This document shows, one piece after another, positions 41,552 to 49,354 of a stretch of 50,617 nucleotides of DNA. Where the stretch lies: the NCBI GenBank assembly GCA_903828655.1, contig CAIKMX010000023.1:1-50617 (forward strand), written 5' to 3'. The notes below the pieces were generated by a model. It was not told the DNA's origin and searched no databases. It saw only the letters and a list, made by a program, of their open reading frames with translations. Positions within the stretch are counted from its first letter, which is position 1. Each line of letters begins with the position of its first letter. The position numbers were made by a program, and so were the translations under genes. Source of the DNA: an uncultured archaeon (GTDB lineage: Archaea > Nanobdellota > Nanobdellia > Pacearchaeales > GW2011-AR1).

Positions 41552-41622
41552 CAAGAACCCAAAACATTACCAAAAAAAGTTCCGTAAAGCGAAGCATTGT
41601 GACGAAGTCCAATGCGGAGCGA
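41552..41622 (+). repeat. Repeat modules B + C. C (41588..41622) ends 4 nt from the stop of 41626..42060.
   Basis: CAAGAACCCAAAACATTACCAAAAAAA, then AGCGAA-GCATTG-T-GAC-GAA-GTC-CAATGC-GGAGCGA. Confidence 0.85.
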
Positions 41623-41625
41623 CAA

Positions 41626-42060
41626 TTATTCTTTATCTCTTTGAGGTTTAGATTGAAAACGCACCGTCATAACAGAACCCGCCAAGAGATTTCTAGTCGG
41701 AGGAATTTCTCCAGCACGAATAGAATAATTTTGAAGCAGTGCCGCTGTTTTGTTTGGCCCGCGTTTTGTTCCAGAATGTTCCCTCAACCATTCAACCTTC
41801 CCAGGAACAGGTTCAAAATCCTCATCGCGAGGGATAGATAAACCCTGATGGTAAGGTCTCGAAGAATCATAAACAACGTCTCTAGAAGAATACCTGCACG
41901 GAAAAACAAGCCCTTCTGCCAAATGAGCAGTACAACACGTCACTACCTCCCCAACCTTATAATCTCTAAAAACACCACTCTTATCATCATTAACCGCATT
42001 CATCTGACATTTGCACCAAAAATCTCCTGAATCTATCTTTGTTTTTCCATCAACCATCAT
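41626..42060 (-). CDS. Hypothetical Cys-rich protein
   Basis: 144-aa ORF (WCKCQ, TCCTAH). No motif recognised. Confidence 0.4.
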   Translation of the reverse strand: MMVDGKTKIDSGDFWCKCQMNAVNDDKSGVFRDYKVGEVVTCCTAHLAEGLVFPCRYSSRDVVYDSSRPYHQGLSIPRDEDFEPVPGKVEWLREHSGTKRGPNKTAALLQNYSIRAGEIPPTRNLLAGSVMTVRFQSKPQRDKE

Positions 42061-42120
42061 TTCAGTATAAGATTAAAGATTATAAAGATTTAGATAACAA
42101 AGAATATAATAAACAACTCA

Positions 42121-42238
42121 CCAAGTATGCCAAAGAACCCCGGGTATTACCAAAAAGTTCCGTGAAGCGAGCATCGTGGCAAAGCCCGATGCGAGCGACA
42201 TTTAGTCTCTCCACTCTCCAAGATTTAAGCAACTTAGG
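42121..42238 (+). repeat. Composite repeat B - C (42166..42198) - D-like, with a further truncated B/C fragment at about 42290..42325
   Basis: CCAAAGAACCCCGGGTATTACCAAAAA; AGCGAG-CATCG-T-GGC-AAA-GCC-CGATG-CGAGCGA; ATTTAGTCTCTCC..AGATTTAAGCAACTTAGG. Confidence 0.8.
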
Positions 42239-42345
42239 TTTTATACATTTTAGGTTTTCGCACAAACAGAGTTCACACTAATATCATTAACACCAAGAAC
42301 CCGGTGCCGTAGCGAAAACCAAAACGACTAACGCTATTACTCTTA

Positions 42346-42588
42346 TTATTCTTTTACAGCTGAAGGGCTAATGAAGATTATTGTATCTCCACGCAAAAAA
42401 GTCAGGCCATAGCTTCTTGTCTGTTCTCCGTTTTCTACTTCCTTTGCGCTGTCTAATACCACATTAATGTGGATATCAAAAGCTAGCAAAGTTCCAACAA
42501 GTTGCTTACCGCTTTTCAACTGTACAAGAATCTCTTTACCCTTGGCTGAATTCAGCAAATCAAGTGGTCTTTCTATTCCATGTACCAT
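42346..42588 (-). CDS. Sm-like (LSm/SmAP) RNA-binding protein
   Basis: The Sm1/Sm2 pattern ILVQLKSGKQLVGTLLAFDIHINVVLDSAKEV......YGLTFLRGDTIIFISP. 80 aa. Confidence 0.88.
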   Translation of the reverse strand: MVHGIERPLDLLNSAKGKEILVQLKSGKQLVGTLLAFDIHINVVLDSAKEVENGEQTRSYGLTFLRGDTIIFISPSAVKE

Positions 42589-42713
42589 AAAGATAACTAA
42601 TAGAACTAGTTTTTAAACCTTCCTAAAAATAAAATTATCGACGGAGAAATAGACAAAAAGAAAAAACTTAAAATAAAAAACTTAGCCAAGGACAACAACT
42701 GCTCCTAAAACAA

Positions 42714-42800
42714 CGACTCCTCCACAAGAGATACCGAACAGTTTAGTAACAATCAAAGCGTTTACACACTTGGCAATTCAAATTTTAAGCATTGGCAGAT
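42714..42800 (+). repeat. Repeat modules E + D, ending about 12 nt from the stop of 42813..46235
   Basis: CGACTCCTCCACAAGAGATACCGAACA, then GTTTAGTAACAATCAAAGCGTTTACACACTTGGCAATTCAAATTTTAAGCATTGGCAG. Confidence 0.8.
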
Positions 42801-42812
42801 TAATCAAAATTA

Positions 42813-45800
42813 TCAATTAAATAACATCTTCGCTTTTCTCTGTATTTCCTGTTCAAGTGCAACCTTCTTAGCATCCAACTCAGCTTCCTTCTTCTTCATC
42901 TCAGTCTTAAGTTTATCCTTATACTCTTCTCTCAATTCCTCTTTAAGCTTAATCGCTCTCTCCCCCAACTCTCTTCTTATCTGCGCTTCCTTTTCAGCCT
43001 CAAGTTTTGCTCTCAAAGCAGTCTCTTTAAATCCTAACTCTTCAACTTTGTTATCAACTTCCTTTTTCTTTCTATCATAATCTTCCTTAAGTGAATTTTT
43101 CAAGAACAAATATGCCTCATTATGTTTCTGTTTCATCTTATCAAACTCTCCTTTTTCTTGAGCAACCGTTCCCTCTATCTCCTTTTCTTTTTCCTTCAAA
43201 ACCTTTTTTAATTTTTCTTGTTCTTCCAACATCTTTTGAACTCTTCTCTTTAGAAGCATTTCTTTAAAACCCAAACTCTTTTTCTTTTCCAAAATCTTCA
43301 TCATAGACATCCTCTCACGAGCGTCCTCTCTTCTTTCTCTCATCTTAACCGCCCGAATCATTTCCCTCTCCACGGCTTTTTTATGCGCCTGCTCTCTCAT
43401 CTTTCTAATCTCCGCACTCTTCATCATTGCCTGCTCCTTTTCAGCGAGCTTCTTTTTGAGATGCTCTTCTCCCTCAGCGAGCTTCTTTTTGAACGTTTTT
43501 TCTTCTTCAGCAATTTTTTTATTCAATGCTTCGTGTTCCTCCGCAGATTTTTTTCTAATTTCCTCTCTTCTCTTCTCAAGTTCATTAATCTTCTTTTGAA
43601 CCTCTTCATGCAATGCCTTTTTCCTGCCTAAAACAACCTTATCCATCTTATCCCCTTTCTTCCTTGCCTCTTCCTCTGCTTCTTTCTTTATATTTTGAGC
43701 TTCATCTATCTCCTTAGCAACTTTGCTATTGAGTTCTTTTTCTTTTTCTCTCAAATCAGTTTTTAACTTTTCTTGATCATCTAACATCTTCTTTACTTTC
43801 TTTTTAAGAAGATTTTCTTTAAGAATCAAATTTTTCTTTTGTTCTATGATTTTTCTCATAGAAGTCCTTTCATGAACCTCTTCATGTTTCTTCATCGCAA
43901 CAAAATCCCTCATCATCTCCTTTTCTCTTACCGAAAGATCTTTTCTAAGCCCCTCTTCTCTTTCTGCAAAACTCTCCCTCAAGGCTTCCTCTTTCTCTGC
44001 AAGACTCTTTCTAAACTCTCTTTCTTCCTCGGCCAACTTTATACTCAATGCTTCGTGTTCCTCCGCAGATTTTTTCCTTGCCTCCAATTTTTCTTTCTGA
44101 AGCTCTTCTACTTTTCTTTTAACCTGTTCTTCAAGTTCATTAATCCTATGAGAAATAACCTTCTGCGCTTCCCTTTCAGCTCCCGCCTTCACTCTTCTAG
44201 CATCTTCAATCTCAAGAGCCATCCTTCTCTCAAGTTCAATCTCTTTCTCTTTAGAAGCCCTTTTTAGTCTAGCCTGCTCCTCTAATATTTTTTTAACTCT
44301 TCTCTTTAGAAGCATTTCTTTCAGACCCAAATTTTTTTTCTTTTCCAAAATCTTCATCATAGACATCTTCTTAAGAATATGCTCTTTTTTCTTCTCTATT
44401 TCAAGAGCTTTCATCATTTTCTGTTCTTTTCTTGCAAGATCTTCTTTGGCTATTCTTTCTTCCTTAGAAAGTTTCTCCATAAATGCTTTTTCTTTTTCTT
44501 TAGAATCCTTTTCCTGGGATGAAAGACCCTTCTTCATCTCAATTTGTTTCTTTAAAAATTCGGCCCTTATCTTACTCTCTTCATTTGAAAGACCCTCTCT
44601 CATCTTCTTCTCTTCTTCAGATTTTTTCCTTTCAAGCTCTTTTTCTTCTTCCAAAAGTTTTTTCTTAAATTCTTTCTCCTCTACGGCAAGCTTTCTCTCA
44701 AGAATCTCATGCTCGGAAGCAAACTTTTTCTTTGCCTCTTCCTTCTCATTCTCTATACGAGCTTTTGTTTTCTTAATCCTTTCTTCAAGTTCTTTTTCCT
44801 TATGGGAAGAAATCTTCCTTGCCTCCTCCTCCGCCTGTTTCTTTATCCTCTCGGCTCTCTCTTTCACACTAACAATATGCATCTCAAGCTCTTTTTCTTT
44901 TTCCTTTAAAGCTTTCTTTAATTTTTTCTGCGCATCCTCACGTAGTTTAATAGAATCAGAATTTTTCCTAACTTCATTCTCTTTCTCCATAATCTTCTTT
45001 CTCAAGATTTCTTCTTTTTCAAACAACTCTCTTCTAAACCCTCTTTCTTCTTCAGCTAACTTCTTATTCAACGCGTTATGCTCCGCAGCAGATTTTTTTC
45101 TCACTTCCAATTTCTCCTTTTCAAGCTCAGAAAGCCTCTTTTGAATCTGTTCCTCGATTTCTCTTTTTTTCTGAAGAACTATCTCATTAAGTCTCTCATT
45201 TTTCTTTCTCGAGTTCTCTTCAGCTTCCCTTTTTACTTTATGAGCCTCCCGTATCTCCCTATCAACTTGCTCATTAAGTTGCTTCTCTCGATTATAATGA
45301 AGTTTATTTAATCTTGCAACTTCCAAGGCAATCTCCTTCTCAAATCTCTCATGTAACTCATTCTTATGCAACAAGGATTCTTCATCAAACTTCTGCCTTA
45401 ATTTCTTTCTTTCATCAGTCAATTCTTGGACCATTCTCTTTTTCAAAGCAACTTTTGCATCCTCAAACTCTTTTTCTGCACGATGTCTAAGAATTGTTGT
45501 CTCTTCCTTTGTAAGCTTAACCTTTTGATCTTTCAATGCTTTATCCAATAAACTCTTAAATCTCCTCTCAACATCTTTCTTCAAAGTAGTTTCAACTCTA
45601 TTTTCATAATCCTCATGATACTTCTGTTCTAATGCACGATATTTTTCATTAAAGATTTTTTCATTAGAGATTAAATCTTCATGCAACTGCTTCTGAATCA
45701 TAGACTCTTTATTTTTTATTTTATCAGATAATGCAATCTTTATGTCATTTAATGACATATCAAAAGCTTCATTAGTAAGCAAATTAACTGAAGGATCTAT

Positions 45801-46235
45801 TCTCTTAAGGATTTCCTTCTTTCTCTCCTCCTCCCCCTTATGAGCCTCTAATTCCCTATGAAGCTTATTTAATTCCGAATGCAACAAATCCATTTCCTTC
45901 TCATAAGCTTTATTTTTAACGCTAACATGTTTTTTATTCTCAATCTCTTCTTTTAATGCCCTTATTTTCTTATCTACTTCAAGTTTAACATTAACAGTTT
46001 TCCTATGTTTTGGTTTATATCTTCCAGAAATTTTAGCTTTTAGAATTTTAAGCTCTCTCTCAATAATAGGAATATCAGAAACACTCTTTAATCTCGAACG
46101 AATCACTGACGCCTCAGCTTCATGCCCTCTAACGTTCAGCCCATTCAACTCTACCTTTAATTCCTCAAGTCTCTGAACGCCCTTACTAAAGATTTCAAAG
46201 TCCTTCCTCAAACTAGATTCAGCAGTTTTCACCAT
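42813..46235 (-). CDS. 1140-aa Glu/Lys-rich coiled-coil protein with 3-4 long internal tandem repeats
   Basis: No TM segment or NTPase motif is seen. Repeated blocks include KKSAEEHEALNKK[LI]AEEE..F.K.L.E.EE (four copies) and MSMMKILEKKK.LG.KEMLLKRRV.K.LEEQ (three copies). Confidence 0.8.
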   Translation of the reverse strand: MVKTAESSLRKDFEIFSKGVQRLEELKVELNGLNVRGHEAEASVIRSRLKSVSDIPIIERELKILKAKISGRYKPKHRKTVNVKLEVDKKIRALKEEIENKKHVSVKNKAYEKEMDLLHSELNKLHRELEAHKGEEERKKEILKRIDPSVNLLTNEAFDMSLNDIKIALSDKIKNKESMIQKQLHEDLISNEKIFNEKYRALEQKYHEDYENRVETTLKKDVERRFKSLLDKALKDQKVKLTKEETTILRHRAEKEFEDAKVALKKRMVQELTDERKKLRQKFDEESLLHKNELHERFEKEIALEVARLNKLHYNREKQLNEQVDREIREAHKVKREAEENSRKKNERLNEIVLQKKREIEEQIQKRLSELEKEKLEVRKKSAAEHNALNKKLAEEERGFRRELFEKEEILRKKIMEKENEVRKNSDSIKLREDAQKKLKKALKEKEKELEMHIVSVKERAERIKKQAEEEARKISSHKEKELEERIKKTKARIENEKEEAKKKFASEHEILERKLAVEEKEFKKKLLEEEKELERKKSEEEKKMREGLSNEESKIRAEFLKKQIEMKKGLSSQEKDSKEKEKAFMEKLSKEERIAKEDLARKEQKMMKALEIEKKKEHILKKMSMMKILEKKKNLGLKEMLLKRRVKKILEEQARLKRASKEKEIELERRMALEIEDARRVKAGAEREAQKVISHRINELEEQVKRKVEELQKEKLEARKKSAEEHEALSIKLAEEEREFRKSLAEKEEALRESFAEREEGLRKDLSVREKEMMRDFVAMKKHEEVHERTSMRKIIEQKKNLILKENLLKKKVKKMLDDQEKLKTDLREKEKELNSKVAKEIDEAQNIKKEAEEEARKKGDKMDKVVLGRKKALHEEVQKKINELEKRREEIRKKSAEEHEALNKKIAEEEKTFKKKLAEGEEHLKKKLAEKEQAMMKSAEIRKMREQAHKKAVEREMIRAVKMRERREDARERMSMMKILEKKKSLGFKEMLLKRRVQKMLEEQEKLKKVLKEKEKEIEGTVAQEKGEFDKMKQKHNEAYLFLKNSLKEDYDRKKKEVDNKVEELGFKETALRAKLEAEKEAQIRRELGERAIKLKEELREEYKDKLKTEMKKKEAELDAKKVALEQEIQRKAKMLFN

Positions 46236-46290
46236 CTTTTATTTATCACTATTAACAAGTATTTTTATTTTATAAATCTTCTCAATATCC

Positions 46291-47520
46291 TCAATTCTTC
46301 AGCACACTAGTATCATATCCCTTTTTCTTCCACATATTAATCTGCCTTCTAATATCTCCTACATCAGGTATCTTTGTCTCTCCCTGCAAGACCGAAGTAT
46401 TATAACCCTCATTCTTCCATTTTTCAATTTGAGACTTCATTGTATCAACAGGCTTCTTCGCCTTCTTCATCTGTTTATATTTTTTGACTCTCTCAACATG
46501 AAGTTTTTTTATCGCCTTCACTCTTTCCTTCTTAACTTTAGCAAATATCTTCTTGCTTACCTTCTTCTCTTCAGGAGTTTTAAGCTTAACCTCTACAGTA
46601 TGTTCCTTCTCATGGATATAATCAACCTGCCTTCTCAATTCATTTCTATATTGATTCTTTAGTTCATCGAGTAACTTATCTCTTGAAAAAACCGAATAGA
46701 AAACAAATAATAACAGAACTAAAACCAAGGCTGCGAATATTAGCAAAACAAAAAAGTACATATTATCAAAAGCCCCCGCAAATAAAGGCTTCTTTTCAAC
46801 GCTAAAAAATGAACTAGATGTTCCAGTAGAATTATTATATCTTACAATGGCCCCAAATACATAATCCTGTTGCTTTGCACCTTTAGGGATCTCAAAAGAC
46901 TTTGTAAATGAAGTGTCTTTATCAACCGGAACAGTCTCTTTTTCAGAAAAGATTTTTCCACCATAAAAGTCTCTCACAAAATATTCAAACTCAACAACTG
47001 CCGAGCCTAAAAAAGTTAAATCATTTACTTTTATTTCAGCATTAACCCTCTCACCAGGCTGAACAACTCCCGAAGGAAATAAAGATACACTATTATCAAA
47101 TAAAACCTTATCAGACTCAATCTCTAAAATTATAGGAAGAGTTTTCTTTTCATCTCCAGATGAAACTTCTAAAACCCCCACATAAATTCCCTCACTAACA
47201 CTCAAATTAACAAAAGAAACCTTTATCGCCTTAGTTTCGTAGGCCGATAAAACAAGCTCTTGTGTTATCGGTTCAGTTAAGCCCTGAACGTCAGAAAGAA
47301 ACATATTCACCTTATTCTCAGAATCTTTCAAATTCGTCACTCTAACGTCAGTTTCATAACTGCCACCAATTTTTATGTTAGACTTTATCAAAATAGAATC
47401 AACATCAAAATTTGGAGAATTTTTTGGACTAAAGTAAGAATAACTCCCCCAACCCGCAAGACCTAAAAAAACTAAAACTAAAACAATAATAACAATTTTC
47501 TTAGTTTTACTAATTGCCAT
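46291..47520 (-). CDS. Bitopic membrane protein: N-terminal anchor, two beta-rich ectodomains, TM segment, Lys-rich cytoplasmic tail with a duplicated WK..GY.TSVL motif
   Basis: The ATG at 47520 overlaps the upstream stop (ATGA). TM segments are IVIIVLVLVFLGLAGW and MYFFVLLIFAALVLVLLLFVFYSVF. The ectodomain is paralogous to that of 47520..48854. Confidence 0.7.
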   Translation of the reverse strand: MAISKTKKIVIIVLVLVFLGLAGWGSYSYFSPKNSPNFDVDSILIKSNIKIGGSYETDVRVTNLKDSENKVNMFLSDVQGLTEPITQELVLSAYETKAIKVSFVNLSVSEGIYVGVLEVSSGDEKKTLPIILEIESDKVLFDNSVSLFPSGVVQPGERVNAEIKVNDLTFLGSAVVEFEYFVRDFYGGKIFSEKETVPVDKDTSFTKSFEIPKGAKQQDYVFGAIVRYNNSTGTSSSFFSVEKKPLFAGAFDNMYFFVLLIFAALVLVLLLFVFYSVFSRDKLLDELKNQYRNELRRQVDYIHEKEHTVEVKLKTPEEKKVSKKIFAKVKKERVKAIKKLHVERVKKYKQMKKAKKPVDTMKSQIEKWKNEGYNTSVLQGETKIPDVGDIRRQINMWKKKGYDTSVLKN

Positions 47521-48854
47521 CAAGCTCTCCTTAAAATAATTTTCTTCTTCTTTCCAATTCTAATAATAAAATAAACTATAAGTCCCATAACTACCACGCT
47601 AGCCACAATAAGACTTATTAATATAGTCTTAAAACTTATAGGGATATTCTCCGCTATCTCAAAATGAGAACTAGACGTGGCCACGCCATTAGGATAAACT
47701 AATTCCAAACCAAGAATATAGTTTCCTGTAGGCAAATCCTTAGTATAAAATTGTTTCTTAAAACTCTTCTGTTGATCTACCAAAACGGTCTCACTCTCCT
47801 TCAAATAAACCTTCCCATTATAGTCTTTTACAATGTAATTTAAGGTAACGTCAACTCGAGGATTATCTCCCATAGGGATAAGAGTAACTTGAGCATTTAC
47901 CTTACTATTCGGTTTTATCTGCTTGCTAGAGTCAGGAATAACAATCATCGCATCAAATAGTAACTTCTGTGATTTAACATTCACCGCAAGAAGAATTTCC
48001 TTTCCACCAATGTTCAACTTTCCAGTAAGAATCTCTGCTTTATCTCCCCCAGAAATGAATATCTTCAAGTCTTTACTCTCTCCAGGTTTCAAAACAAAAG
48101 ATTTATCCGCAAACACAACCTTCTCACCAAAATCCCCCGAAGAAGTTTCAATCTTTGCATCAGCAGTTCCAGTGTTTGTAACTCTTATAACTTTCTCCCT
48201 TATAGAACTAACAACCATATCAAGAGTTATCTCATTAGTATCAAGCTCCAAACCTGTTATAACAGGAATAACAACCGTGGGTGCGCCGCCACCGCCTCCG
48301 CCGCCACCGCCACCGGCACCGCCAACGACTTTACAGTCGGCAGAACAAGTTGCCGTAGTCTCGCCCCCATTACAAGTTCCATCACCGCAATAAGTTCCAC
48401 CACCACAAGTTCCACAATCTGTAACACAAGTTGAACAATTCTCCACCCCGTTACAACTACGGTCTCCACAATAAGTGTAATCAATAGAATACGAAAGCCC
48501 AGCATTATCAATAAACGTCGCATAAGTCAAATTCAACGCGCCATCATGGGTTACCGTAAACAAAGTCCCAGAACCACTTACTCCAGTTTTAGAAGAGTCA
48601 AGTTTAGATTCATAAACATAAAAGATAGTATTTTTTGTGTTGGTTCCAGAAGAAGTTGTTCCACCTAAAAAGGTTCCAAAGCTCGCGCTCGCACTCCCCG
48701 TATAATCAAATTGGACTTCATATGCATAAAGGTTTTCAGCTCCACTAACCGAAGTAACTCCCGCATCAGAAACGCTAACACTAGGACTTGCAGAAACAAA
48801 ACTAGCTAAAAATACTAATACAAAAACGCCAACAAACACCCTCTTTTCTAACAT
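47520..48854 (-). CDS. Secreted/anchored surface protein: signal peptide, cohesin-like domain, CGDxxCNG Cys-rich repeats, poly-Gly linker, two beta-sandwich domains, C-terminal TM anchor
   Basis: MLEKRVFVGVFVLVFLASFVSASPS; CGDRSCNGVENCSTCVTDCGTCGGGTYCGDGTCNGGETTATCSADC; GGAGGGGGGGGGGAP; C-terminal ILISLIVASVVVMGLIVYFII-RIGKKKK. The start is placed at ATG 48854 because the track start is TTG. Confidence 0.7.
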   Translation of the reverse strand: MLEKRVFVGVFVLVFLASFVSASPSVSVSDAGVTSVSGAENLYAYEVQFDYTGSASASFGTFLGGTTSSGTNTKNTIFYVYESKLDSSKTGVSGSGTLFTVTHDGALNLTYATFIDNAGLSYSIDYTYCGDRSCNGVENCSTCVTDCGTCGGGTYCGDGTCNGGETTATCSADCKVVGGAGGGGGGGGGGAPTVVIPVITGLELDTNEITLDMVVSSIREKVIRVTNTGTADAKIETSSGDFGEKVVFADKSFVLKPGESKDLKIFISGGDKAEILTGKLNIGGKEILLAVNVKSQKLLFDAMIVIPDSSKQIKPNSKVNAQVTLIPMGDNPRVDVTLNYIVKDYNGKVYLKESETVLVDQQKSFKKQFYTKDLPTGNYILGLELVYPNGVATSSSHFEIAENIPISFKTILISLIVASVVVMGLIVYFIIRIGKKKKIILRRA

Positions 48855-48913
48855 AAAAAACAAAGTAATTCAAACTATTTAAATCTTAACATCGAACAAT
48901 ACCGACGAGAAAA

Positions 48914-49115
48914 TCACTCTTTTCTTTTTAGAAAAAAGAAAATTGGTGTTTCAAAAGAAAAACTAAGATAGCAAAACAAAAAACATTGCCAAGCCACCAA
49001 AGAACCAGACATATTACCAAAAATTTAGGCAAGAGCGAGCATTGTGACGAATGTCCGATTTCGAGCGACAGTTTGGTATCCTCTCAATCCGTTGACATAC
49101 TTGGCAACTCAAATA
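48914..49115 (+). repeat. Composite repeat A (reverse orientation) - B - C (49034..49068) - D
   Basis: TCACTCTTTTCTTTTTAGAAAAAAGAAAATTGGTGTTTC; AACATTGCCAAGCCACCAAAGAACCAGACATATTACCAAAAA; AGCGAG-CATTG-T-GAC-GAAT-GTC-CGATT-T-CGAGCGA; GTTTGGTATCCTCTCAATCCGTTGACATACTTGGCAAC. Confidence 0.85.
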
Positions 49116-49183
49116 AATAATAAACCAAAAAGTTTAAATACACACCTTTACTTTAACTAACATAAATACTTGAAGGAGTCAAA

Positions 49184-49354
49184 ATGCCTAAAATCACAAT
49201 ATCTGTTCCAAATGAGTTATTAGCAAAATTTAAAGAAGAATTTCCTGAGATAAACGTAGCAGAAGTAGCCCGTAGAGTAATAAAAAAGAAGATTGAGGAA
49301 CTTAAAAAGCTTGAAGAACTAAGTCCCAAGGAAGAGTATAAATGGCATCAATAA
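49184..49354 (+). CDS. Ribbon-helix-helix antitoxin-like protein (56 aa, not in the ORF track)
   Basis: My own translation is MPKITISVPNELLAKFKEEFPEINVAEVARRVIKKKIEELKKLEELSPKEEYKWHQ*. GGAG lies 7 nt upstream. It overlaps the next ORF by 13 nt. Confidence 0.55.
   Translation: MPKITISVPNELLAKFKEEFPEINVAEVARRVIKKKIEELKKLEELSPKEEYKWHQ

Noticed and set aside
43383-45311. Several plus-strand ORFs (43383..43631, 43839..44267, 44446..45144 at 232 aa, 44709..44909, 45078..45311) rich in Ser/Phe/Leu.
   Set aside because: They are antisense shadows of the Glu/Lys-rich coiled-coil gene, because GAA/AAG/AAA codons read as TTC/CTT/TTT on the other strand. They have low-complexity composition and no independent signals.
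47923-48393. 156-aa plus-strand ORF with a poly-Pro run, and the 88-aa minus ORF 48257..48523.
   Set aside because: The poly-Pro is the antisense of the poly-Gly linker (GGN repeats) of the surface protein gene. The second ORF is an out-of-frame overlap within the same gene.
1-49115. Whether the dispersed repeats could be a CRISPR array or arrays.
   Set aside because: There are no tandem units with constant repeat length and uniform unique spacers. The modules are heterogeneous and scattered between genes, and no cas genes are present in the window.
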